Shown piece after piece: positions 8,670 to 16,790 of a DNA stretch of 64,000 nucleotides. How positions within the stretch are numbered: position 1 is the first letter of the stretch; each line of letters starts with the position of its first letter. A program made the position numbers and the translations under genes. The notes beneath the pieces are model-generated. The model had not been told where the DNA came from, searched no databases, and saw only the letters and a program-made list of their open reading frames with translations. This DNA is from a bacterium (GTDB lineage Bacteria; Patescibacteriota; Saccharimonadia; Saccharimonadales; UBA4665), in the NCBI GenBank assembly GCA_021790875.1, contig JAJYFN010000001.1:3490-67489 (forward strand), in the 5' to 3' direction.

Positions 8670-9880
8670 ATTGATTCAGATGTGATTGCTCTGATTAGAA
8701 GGGAGTGTTGTCTCTGTGTGTGACGCCACTGAAAAGGAAGTATTAATATACTGCTGGAGATACCTATTGTTTGCTTTAACGGTGCAGTTTTATATGCGCT
8801 GTATTTTGTAACTAACGGAAGTGGAAAGTAATACCATGTAGCTTGAATTCCTCGACTCGCTAGATTTAGAAGTAATTTAAAACGTTCGTCTGGGTTGATT
8901 CGGATCGCTACTATATTTGGAGCAATTTGTGATTCGTTTATGTAAAAAAGAGCGCCTTCTCCCCACCTATATATAATAGCTTCTCTTAGTCTTCTCCAGG
9001 CTGCTAAAGTCTTTTCTGAGCAATCAGAACTTCTCAGTAAGTTAACAAAAGCAGTTTGCGCGTCATAAGGATTTATTCCTAGATTTTTAAAAGTAGGAAA
9101 AGGTTTCGAGTTTAAAAGTGTATCCAGGCGGTCGTAACGTTTGGGTTTTATACGTAAGCTCATGCTTAACTTTGGGGCAACAAGAAATAATCTTTCTTTC
9201 AGCATAGAGATTATAAGCAGAGCATATCTAGTTTTTGGATCCTTGGAATTTAGAGTCTTGATTCTCATATACCTAAAGGCATAATCGGGCTGGGCCATGC
9301 ATATAGCACCACCGCCTGACCCTGCAATACTTTTAGAAAGTCCGAAGGATAGGAGTAGTAGCTCGTCATTATCGTATTTAATTAGTCTTGCTGTGTTTGT
9401 GGCAGTTGAAAAAGACTGAGCTTCATCAATAATTATTCTTACTTTATTGTCCTTTAAGAAATTTATAACTTTTTCTGATCGCGGTCTATCGGCGAAGTAG
9501 TTAGGCCAGATAAAAAAGTTACAGCTTTGCTTTACCGCATACTGCGCGTCAGTAATACTTATTTCAGTATTTGATCCAATGTCAATAAATATAGGTTCAC
9601 AACCAGCCTGAATTATAGCTTCTACTAAACTTTGACAACTAAATGCCGGGAGAGCTACTTTTATATCTTTGATTCGCAAAGCCATCAAGTATCCATACAA
9701 TCCAGCAGAAGCAGATTCGGTTAAAATAATATTCTCAGATGAACAATCTAGTATATTGCTTAGATAATCTACTAAACTTGACTTAGCTTTGTAAGTAAAA
9801 AACTTAGGCCATGCTGTTCTCTGGCGATAAAGTGCAACGTGTACTTTTTTTATAATCGGGGGGAAACGAGTGTCAATCAT
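8666..9880 (-). CDS. second DegT/AHBA-synthase-like PLP-dependent enzyme (aminotransferase or dehydratase)
   Basis: IIIDEAQSF (DxAQ/H) and LLSFGLSKSIAGSGGGAI (SFxxxK PLP-lysine block). Confidence 0.55.
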   Translation of the reverse strand: MIDTRFPPIIKKVHVALYRQRTAWPKFFTYKAKSSLVDYLSNILDCSSENIILTESASAGLYGYLMALRIKDIKVALPAFSCQSLVEAIIQAGCEPIFIDIGSNTEISITDAQYAVKQSCNFFIWPNYFADRPRSEKVINFLKDNKVRIIIDEAQSFSTATNTARLIKYDNDELLLLSFGLSKSIAGSGGGAICMAQPDYAFRYMRIKTLNSKDPKTRYALLIISMLKERLFLVAPKLSMSLRIKPKRYDRLDTLLNSKPFPTFKNLGINPYDAQTAFVNLLRSSDCSEKTLAAWRRLREAIIYRWGEGALFYINESQIAPNIVAIRINPDERFKLLLNLASRGIQATWYYFPLPLVTKYSAYKTAPLKQTIGISSSILILPFQWRHTQRQHSLLIRAITSESI

Positions 9881-9886
9881 ATCGAT

Positions 9887-11116
9887 TTATTCTTTCAATA
9901 AGAGTTTTAACGCACCAGCTATATGAGTGTTATATTCTTCAATGTTTTCAATTTTTATAAATTCATTAACTGTATGTGCCTGAGCTAAAGAGCCGGGACC
10001 ATATGTGATGACGTTTTTAATCCCAAATGCATCAAATAATCTAGCATCACACGGGCTATTAAATTTACCCATAACGATACCTTTGTTTGGTGTTGTATGA
10101 ATTAGGGCACGACTTAAGCTGTTCGATGGTGATCTCTGGCCATTAAAATAAAAATCGCTAAATCTAATGCTAAGCCTAATATTCTTTTTTTGGATCTGAT
10201 CTATGATAAATCGTTTTAGCTTTTCATACTCTATGTTCGAAGGGTAGAATACAGTAGCTTCAAGTGAAATACTATCTATTGGAGTCGCAGCATCTACCCC
10301 GCCCTTAATTACACCAAAGTTGTAAATCATATCATTCTTTGGGGTACCGTGCATTTTAGTTATTTCTTCAATAACTTTATCAAATTCATTTATTAATTCT
10401 ATGGCACTATAAAGAGCGTTATCGTAACGGGTTGCGCCAGCTATATGACGCGCTAGTCCGCTTACTTTTATTATCATGTGCATAAAACCTAACGTTTCGT
10501 TAGCTATAACTTGGTTGCTGGGCTCGGCTATTAAGCAATAAGTATTTTCAGAGTCATTAATTAGCCCTTTACTTCTCATAAAAAGCAAAGCAGAAAGAGT
10601 ACCATTGCCGCCAATCTCTTCGTCCGTAACAGCAGTAAAAATAATCTTACCTTTCCATTTTTTCTTTTGCCTGGCAAATTCTGATGCTATGTATATTTGA
10701 CTTGTTAGTCCACCCAACATATCTGATGCACCCCGTCCCCATATTTTGCCGTTTTTTATTAGTCCTGAATTCCATGATTCTATCCAATCGCTTGAATCGA
10801 TGATTGGTTCAACATCGTAGTGGCCGTTAAGTATTAGTGTTGGACCTGGCTTGCCACTATCGGCAATTGCTATAACGTTAAGTTTTTCCTTATTGGCATC
10901 CTTGATGTAGTTACTACTTAAATTACTTACTGGTATATATTCATGAATACTAGAAAGGTCGTCTGCTTTAAATTTTTGCAACCACACTCTATCCCACCCA
11001 AATTCATTTAGCTGATTTTCTATTGCTTTAGCTGTTTTTAACTGTCCTTCGCTTCCATAGACAGGACCATACTGAATAAGTTTACTTAAAAACTTAATCT
11101 GTTCACTAAAGCCCAT
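9887..11116 (-). CDS. M20-family metallo-amidohydrolase (ArgE/DapE/deacylase-like)
   Basis: LILNGHYDVEP, GRGASDMLGG and TDEEIGGNG metal-ligand motifs. Confidence 0.8.
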   Translation of the reverse strand: MGFSEQIKFLSKLIQYGPVYGSEGQLKTAKAIENQLNEFGWDRVWLQKFKADDLSSIHEYIPVSNLSSNYIKDANKEKLNVIAIADSGKPGPTLILNGHYDVEPIIDSSDWIESWNSGLIKNGKIWGRGASDMLGGLTSQIYIASEFARQKKKWKGKIIFTAVTDEEIGGNGTLSALLFMRSKGLINDSENTYCLIAEPSNQVIANETLGFMHMIIKVSGLARHIAGATRYDNALYSAIELINEFDKVIEEITKMHGTPKNDMIYNFGVIKGGVDAATPIDSISLEATVFYPSNIEYEKLKRFIIDQIQKKNIRLSIRFSDFYFNGQRSPSNSLSRALIHTTPNKGIVMGKFNSPCDARLFDAFGIKNVITYGPGSLAQAHTVNEFIKIENIEEYNTHIAGALKLLLKE

Positions 11117-12081
11117 CAGGATTCTTTCTTTAATAATTTCGCTACGTTCATGATGGCATTGTTAAATACTACTTTGGGTTTATATCCCAATAAATTAACG
11201 GCTTTCGATATGTCAGGTACGCGAAACAACACGTCCTCAATGGTAGAGTTAGATATAATAATTTTTGAGTTTGAACCTAATAGAGAAGTTATCAGTTTAG
11301 CTAAGTCTAACATTGAAATTTGATTTCGAGGATCGCCTAAGTTGTAAGCATCGCCAGTTCCTGTACTATTTTTTAAAATAGAAGTTATGCCTTGACAGAA
11401 ATCATCTATATAGCACCATGCCCTAACTTGTTTTCCGTCTCCACTTATCGATATCGGTTTATTTTCAATAGCAAGACTTATTATTTTTGTCATAGCATTA
11501 TTGCCGTGACGATAGGGGCCGAAAACATTGAAGGGTCGAACAATAGCACCTTTGATACTATATTCTTGTATATAAGCTTTTAAATAGTATTCTGCCGCTA
11601 GTTTACTTGCAGCATAACACCATCGCTTTCCCTGTGTTGGGATTATCGCATCATCGCTTTCTATAGCCTTGTCGCTATGTATGCCATAAATTTCGCTAGT
11701 GCTAAATATCAGCACAAAAGGTTTTTTCTTCTGACGAGCTGCCAGATTTAGGCAATTGTGTGTGCCATCTATGTTTAGTTTCATAGTTTCTAGTTGCATC
11801 TCTGCAACTTTATCAATGCCTAAGAAACCTGCCGCATGAATAATGTAGTCAAAATCATTTGGAAGTTTGTTTAGATCAGCTTCATTTAATAACGAGCCAT
11901 TAACTGTAGTCACTGACTTAAGTGAATTTATATCTAGGTCGATACCAGTGGTCCGACCTGTCGTATGTAGATCAAGTATAACAATACGATTATTTAGCGA
12001 ATCTTCACCAAGATGTTTTGCTAAGTGTGCACCAATGAATCCATGACCACCTGTAATCAATATGTTACTATCTTTGATCAT
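11116..12081 (-). CDS. NAD-dependent nucleotide-sugar epimerase/dehydratase (extended SDR)
   Basis: ILITGGHGFIGAHL Rossmann motif and YAASKLAAE catalytic YxxxK. Confidence 0.85.
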   Translation of the reverse strand: MIKDSNILITGGHGFIGAHLAKHLGEDSLNNRIVILDLHTTGRTTGIDLDINSLKSVTTVNGSLLNEADLNKLPNDFDYIIHAAGFLGIDKVAEMQLETMKLNIDGTHNCLNLAARQKKKPFVLIFSTSEIYGIHSDKAIESDDAIIPTQGKRWCYAASKLAAEYYLKAYIQEYSIKGAIVRPFNVFGPYRHGNNAMTKIISLAIENKPISISGDGKQVRAWCYIDDFCQGITSILKNSTGTGDAYNLGDPRNQISMLDLAKLITSLLGSNSKIIISNSTIEDVLFRVPDISKAVNLLGYKPKVVFNNAIMNVAKLLKKES

Positions 12082-12162
12082 TATGCAATTACGATACTAT
12101 ATTTAAAGTAAACAAAAAAATTGAGGTAGTCTCCTATGTTAATAAAGTTTATATTAGTTAGC

Positions 12163-13524
12163 CTACCGGCCTATTCCGATGTAAAGTATTTTATGAGCGA
12201 TAATAGCCTCTTTTTTTAGTACATTGCGCCCATCGAATACTAACTTTATGTTTTTATCTTTAAGTGTTCTTGGAGTAAGTGCATCAATATATTCCTGATG
12301 AGCAGTAGCAAGACAAATAATGTCAGCATCCTCAAGTACACGATTAACATCAGTAAATCTCGTCGCGCCCAGAACAGACTGATCATAAGGAACAAATGGA
12401 TCGTGGACTATAAGATTTTTACATTTTTCAGCTAATAGTTCACCAAGCTTTATTGCAGGCGACTTTCTTGAATCGCCAATTTCTGGTTTATAAGATAGTC
12501 CAAGTAGTCCAACTGTTAAGTCTTGGATTTTTAAGCTGTTTGCTAGAAGCCTTGCTTCAATCCGGTTTAATGCATATAACGGCATATTGTCATTCAAGTC
12601 AGCTGAAGCTTGTAATAGTGTGGAATTTATCCCTTTGTCTTGAGAGTTTTTAATGACAAAGTGTATATCCTCAGGTATGCAATGACCTCCAGGACCAATT
12701 CCGGGCTTCGCGAGTTGAAGACCGAACTGGTCAATTTTTGATTGCATTCCTTCTATAACGTGAGTGACGTCTATGCTTAAAGAGTCTGAAATTATGGCAG
12801 CGCTATTTGCTAGTGCGATCATAACATTTCTTAAAGTGTTCTCCCATGACTTAACAAACTCTGCCTCCTCTGCGCTATCCATTTGGACAATTCTGCCGTC
12901 AATAATGTTTTTATAAAAATGTGCTATTTTAGCGGTAGACACTTCATTGATACCGCCTATAACGCGGTTTATATTGTCAACGTGGTAGTGTTTATTTCCA
13001 GGATCTATACGTTCTGGGCAATGCGCTAGGTAAAAATCTTTACCTCCCTTAAGCCCTGATGTGCGCTCAAGAGCTGGCAAGACCGTATCTCTAGTAACTC
13101 CTGGATTAACTGTGCTCTCTAGTGTTACTAATTGACCTTTTTTCAAATGTCTACCCACTAATTCACTAGCTTGCTCAACAAAACTTAGATTAGGAATATT
13201 GTTAACAGTAGGAGTTTGGACGCAGATTATAATCACATCTGCTTCGGATATTACAGATGAGTCATTTGTGGCTATTAGTTGTTTCTTTGAAACTTTTTTT
13301 AGTGCTAAATCTAACCATTTATCGATATAATAAGGAACTTCTCGTTCATTAACCATTTTTATAATATCTTCGTTTATTTCTACACCCCATACCATGCAAC
13401 CTTTTAGGGCGGCTTGCACAGCAAGCGGAAGACCAACATATCCTAGGCCGATTACACAAACTCTATACTTTTTAGTAGTGGGCATACTTGAGAACAGACT
13501 ATCAATTGGCATAAAGTATTGCAA
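12163..13524 (-). CDS. UDP-sugar 6-dehydrogenase (WecC/TviB/Cap5O-like nucleotide-sugar dehydrogenase)
   Basis: VCVIGLGYVGLPLAV, GPGGHCIPED (catalytic Cys) and LGLSYKPEIGDSRKSPA. The likely true start is M14 (nt 13485). Confidence 0.85.
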   Translation of the reverse strand: MQYFMPIDSLFSSMPTTKKYRVCVIGLGYVGLPLAVQAALKGCMVWGVEINEDIIKMVNEREVPYYIDKWLDLALKKVSKKQLIATNDSSVISEADVIIICVQTPTVNNIPNLSFVEQASELVGRHLKKGQLVTLESTVNPGVTRDTVLPALERTSGLKGGKDFYLAHCPERIDPGNKHYHVDNINRVIGGINEVSTAKIAHFYKNIIDGRIVQMDSAEEAEFVKSWENTLRNVMIALANSAAIISDSLSIDVTHVIEGMQSKIDQFGLQLAKPGIGPGGHCIPEDIHFVIKNSQDKGINSTLLQASADLNDNMPLYALNRIEARLLANSLKIQDLTVGLLGLSYKPEIGDSRKSPAIKLGELLAEKCKNLIVHDPFVPYDQSVLGATRFTDVNRVLEDADIICLATAHQEYIDALTPRTLKDKNIKLVFDGRNVLKKEAIIAHKILYIGIGR

Positions 13525-13591
13525 TCAAAGTATTTATTAATTCAATACAAATAATTTTCGAAATTAATAAATTGTTAAGTATTATGCATAC

Positions 13592-14425
13592 TTATGCGAA
13601 ATAAGATAGAGCTTCGGCGTGTAATATTCCATTAGACGTTATAGAACCTTTGCTAGAAAGATCTTGTGTGCCGTCTAGACTAGACCATTTTCCACCAGCC
13701 TCAATTACAGCGACCCTAATAGCAGCTATATCGTGATATTCAGTCAAGAAATCGATCATAACATCTGAATTTCCACGAATGACTTCGGCGTGCCCAAAAG
13801 CATCGGCGTAGCCTCGTTCAGCATATGCCCTAGTTACAATATTTTTTAGGTTTTCGACCTTATTAGCTTGTTGAGCAAATGAAAGACCGTTGTGAAGTAC
13901 ATAACCTTCGCTTAAGTCGCTGACACCAGATACTTGAAGTTTACTCCTCCCGTTTCTATTTTCTTCCCAACACCCATTATTTCTTGAAGCATAGATAAGC
14001 TCATTTCTTGCCGGAAAAGATATTATACCAACCCTCCCTACTCGAAAATCATCTAAGGCTAATAGAATTGCCCAAAAATCTTGACCTCGCATAAACTGTA
14101 TAGTTCCATCTATTGGATCTATATTCCATACTCTACCTGATCGTGTTTTTATAAAAGAACCTTCTTCGCCCATAATCCCGTCATACGGATATAGTCTATT
14201 AATGCCATTTCTAAGTAGTTTTTCTATAGCTATGTCAGCCGACGTAACTGGAGAGCCGTCTGTTTTAAAAGTAGATTCGTTTCGGCTCGTTTGCCACATC
14301 CTAATAGCAATTTCTCCGGCCTTACGAACAAGAGGTAAAACTTCATTCATAATACCTTCGTAGGAATGATCAGTAAGAATTTTAGACTCAAACGAAGCCA
14401 TTATTAAACAATACAATAAACACAA
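13592..14425 (-). CDS. inositol-monophosphatase-family phosphatase (IMPase/CysQ/HisN-like)
   Basis: IMGEEG and WNIDPIDGT motifs. The probable start is M9 (nt 14401). Confidence 0.8.
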   Translation of the reverse strand: MCLLYCLIMASFESKILTDHSYEGIMNEVLPLVRKAGEIAIRMWQTSRNESTFKTDGSPVTSADIAIEKLLRNGINRLYPYDGIMGEEGSFIKTRSGRVWNIDPIDGTIQFMRGQDFWAILLALDDFRVGRVGIISFPARNELIYASRNNGCWEENRNGRSKLQVSGVSDLSEGYVLHNGLSFAQQANKVENLKNIVTRAYAERGYADAFGHAEVIRGNSDVMIDFLTEYHDIAAIRVAVIEAGGKWSSLDGTQDLSSKGSITSNGILHAEALSYFA

Positions 14426-14610
14426 TAAAATAGCAAATTTAGATATAGTTATGAGTATAGGAGTCGCCTAAGAATATAAAGCTAAAATAGTAGTTACCTG
14501 CGGTTCTAGCCCGTTTGGTAAGTTGTTAAAAATGACATTTTTTATGCTTGGCTGTAGAGTTAAATAGTGAAAAGGTGATGGAGCTTGGTCATAATATTTT
14601 GTTGCTTAGT

Positions 14611-14641
14611 TTGGCTCCTTCTAGTAGACGTACTTCGCAAC
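14611..14641. repeat. 31-nt motif copy C (TTGGCTCC..N..GCAAC), tRNA-Asn 3'-end-like
   Basis: ttggctccttctagtagacgtacttcgcaac matches the copy at 15170-15200 at 26 of 31 positions. It overlaps the stop codon of the cytidylyltransferase gene. Confidence 0.65.
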
Positions 14642-15120
14642 TATTCGGCAGAATTTATATCTACTATACGTTGAATAATCGATGTCGTAGATGGCTCTGG
14701 ATTCATCCTATCTAGGATAACGAACTTTGACGGGTCCATTAAGCTATAGAATCTCGGGTCAGGACCATCAGTAACATAAAGGTCGGGTTGCAATTTTGCC
14801 AGTATCTCAGCGTGAATTGGGTCAGTTTCTTCCGGGCTCAGTTCAGAAGGATCGATAAATACGTAATCAACAACCCTAAATCCGTCTAATATATGGGCTC
14901 TATCAACCTCGTTTATTATTGGGCGTTTATTGCCTTTTCTGGCTTTAATCCTTTTGTCGCCACTCAGCAATACTACAACAACATCCCCATGACTTTTAAC
15001 TTGCTCCAAGTAATTCAGGTGTCCAGTGTGAAATAAATCAAACGTACCGCTTGTCAAGACGACCTTTTGATGCACGTGCCGCTTTCTAATTTCTGAAAGA
15101 CTCTCGGTTGTAATCACCAT
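14641..15120 (-). CDS. cytidylyl/adenylyl-transferase-family enzyme (RfaE domain II / TagD-like nucleotidyltransferase)
   Basis: SGTFDLFHTGHLNYL (HxGH), then KGNKRPIINEVDRAHIL and VVDYV, closely following the RfaE-II / glycerol-3-P cytidylyltransferase pattern. Confidence 0.8.
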   Translation of the reverse strand: MVITTESLSEIRKRHVHQKVVLTSGTFDLFHTGHLNYLEQVKSHGDVVVVLLSGDKRIKARKGNKRPIINEVDRAHILDGFRVVDYVFIDPSELSPEETDPIHAEILAKLQPDLYVTDGPDPRFYSLMDPSKFVILDRMNPEPSTTSIIQRIVDINSAE

Positions 15121-15134
15121 GGGGACATCATATC

Positions 15135-15162
15135 AAAAAAAACACTCTGCTTTCGCAAAGTG
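15135..15162 (-). terminator. intrinsic terminator on the reverse strand, ending 14 nt before the cytidylyltransferase ATG
   Basis: The reverse strand reads CACTTTGC-GAAA-GCAGAGTG followed by T8. That is an 8-bp stem with one G.U pair and a GNRA-type loop. Confidence 0.6.
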
Positions 15163-15169
15163 CTTATGC

Positions 15170-15463
15170 TTGGCTCCCTCTAATGGACGAGCTTCGCAAC
15201 TTTGAAGTAACTTTGGATGTTGCTAAAGCAGAGAAAATGATTGTGGGACGACTTCCATTGATGTGTAGGATCCTTACATAAACTATTATCTGACAGCTTC
15301 ACGGAAGATATTTGAATTTATTGGGCTTATTAATCCAGAATATATGCATAGTTCTGTTACTTAAGTAGATCAAAATTTAAGCCATCGTAGCCAATTATAA
15401 AATCGTCTGCTTGATACTTCTTGACTAGATTTTCCCGAGTATCCTTGTGCCTACTCAAATGGA
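15170..15463. repeat. direct repeat copy B (includes 31-nt motif 15170-15200 and MBL relic)
   Basis: Collinear with 1402..1650, with about 40 extra nt around 15303-15345. Confidence 0.8.
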
Positions 15464-15470
15464 TTGGGTA
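15357..15470 (-). pseudogene. relic of the last 37 codons of an MBL/PhnP-like hydrolase gene
   Basis: The reverse strand reads YPIHLSRHKDTRENLVKKYQADDFIIGYDGLNFDLLK*. The intact gene ends VYTVHMSRHMDTQENLVKKYQTDDFVIGYDSLSFDLLK*. No upstream coding continuation exists. Confidence 0.75.
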
Positions 15471-15516
15471 TGGGCATCGTAAGTAAAAGTGCTTTAATTG
15501 CCTATACTATAAAAAT

Positions 15517-15948
15517 ATGGATGCAATAAATAAAGTTTGGGTAATTGTATATAGGGTCGATAAAGCTGAAGCTAATTTACTTTTGCTAAAACCAAACCCT
15601 GAACCTAACATGACTTATGATTACTATGTTATTACTGGCGGAGTAGAAGATAATGAAAGCATTGAACAGGCCGCAATAAGGGAGACTATTGAAGAGATCG
15701 GTATAGAGCCTTCAAGAATTGTTAACCTTAATATTACAATGTCATACCTAAACAAGAATACTGGAGAAGAAGTAGTTGAAAACTGTTTTGTAGCTCAAGT
15801 AGATAACTCGGACATAATATTAAACGAAGAGCATATCGCTTATAAGTGGTTTTCGATTAGTGAATTTGAAGAAACAATCTGGTGGACCGACTCAAGAGAA
15901 AAGTTAAGAGAAATAATGGATAAGTTTAGGAAAATTCTAGAAAATTAG
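15517..15948 (+). CDS. Nudix hydrolase
   Basis: Nudix box GGVEDNESIEQAAIRETIEEIGI (GX5EX7REUXEEXGU). Confidence 0.85.
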   Translation: MDAINKVWVIVYRVDKAEANLLLLKPNPEPNMTYDYYVITGGVEDNESIEQAAIRETIEEIGIEPSRIVNLNITMSYLNKNTGEEVVENCFVAQVDNSDIILNEEHIAYKWFSISEFEETIWWTDSREKLREIMDKFRKILEN

Positions 15949-16001
15949 ATTGTTCAAAGTGCTTATGACTCCGCATACAGGTCACGAAATATGCGCCACA
16001 A

Positions 16002-16574
16002 CTATAAGTCAGCCTCAAGATAACTTATTACATCCTTCCATGCGCCACTTCCCCAATATGCCTCCTGCTCCGAATCACTCATCGTACCGAGCGGTGCCTC
16101 GTAGTCTTTTGGGATGAATATTGAATTTGCTGGCCAACCGGAGGCTTCATACTCCCCACTGCGAGCTATATTGCCACTATATTTTTTAGAGAAAACTTTT
16201 GATGATCCATCAGGATAACCAATCGCGGTTGAGTCAAGAAAATACGCGCTCCTATCATCTTTACGGTCTACCATTGCTAGAATATCTTCTTCGGATAACC
16301 AATCATTGATATATTTTATAAAGGGGCCAGGAAACCCCCCGAGGGAATTTACATAAAATCCTACGTCAAGCTTAATACAGGGTTCACCAATTGATTGTGC
16401 AGCAAAAATGGCAGCCTTTCTGGCTACTTCTTCGCACGATTCATCCTGTATTTCCGGAACATCGAATGTGTACTGAACAAGTTCGTAATCCTTAAGAGAA
16501 TTAAAATAGTTTTTGGCAATTTTAAATTTAAGAGCGTTGGACGTAAGGTAGTTTATTTTTTTCGTGCTCATCAA
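16002..16574 (-). CDS. Ham1/ITPase-family non-canonical NTP pyrophosphatase (RdgB-like)
   Basis: LTSNALKFKIA, VPEIQDES and LGGFPGPFIKY blocks match the Ham1 family. The probable start is the ATG at 16571; the ORF track begins at a TTG. Confidence 0.75.
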   Translation of the reverse strand: MMSTKKINYLTSNALKFKIAKNYFNSLKDYELVQYTFDVPEIQDESCEEVARKAAIFAAQSIGEPCIKLDVGFYVNSLGGFPGPFIKYINDWLSEEDILAMVDRKDDRSAYFLDSTAIGYPDGSSKVFSKKYSGNIARSGEYEASGWPANSIFIPKDYEAPLGTMSDSEQEAYWGSGAWKDVISYLEADL

Positions 16575-16585
16575 ACCTGATTATA

Positions 16586-16619
16586 ACAAAAGTCCAGTAA
16601 TGTGAATGCTTGCTGGACT
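16586..16619 (-). terminator. possible terminator after tRNA-Asn
   Basis: The reverse strand reads AGTCCAG-15 nt-CTGGACT followed by TTTTGTT. The 15-nt loop is large, so this is only moderately convincing. Confidence 0.35.
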
Positions 16620-16639
16620 TCTTGTCACATACCTAGTAT

Positions 16640-16714
16640 TGGCTCCGGGGACTGGATTCGAACCAGCAACCTATGCGTTAACAGCGCACCGCTCTACCGT
16701 TGAGCTACCCCGGA
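16640..16714 (-). tRNA. tRNA-Asn (anticodon GUU), CCA encoded
   Basis: Folded by hand: acceptor UCCGGGG/CCCCGGA, D stem GCUC/GAGC, anticodon stem GUGCG/CGCAU with loop CUGUUAA, T arm GCUGG-UUCGAAU-CCAGU, discriminator G, CCA. 75 nt. Confidence 0.95.
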
Positions 16715-16790
16715 ATATATTAATGTGTATTATCCTTACGGACTTAACTGGTGAATTATAGCTAAACATTAGCCCTTGGTGCAACTAGGG

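Noticed and set aside
14611-15200. The 31-nt motif plus downstream hairpin as a riboswitch or other cis-regulatory RNA
   Set aside because: I could not match it to any riboswitch consensus I know (preQ1, ZTP, fluoride, guanidine, c-di-GMP and others). The copies sit in different contexts (a 3' UTR, a 5' region, an intergenic region). A repeat or att-relic explanation fits better.
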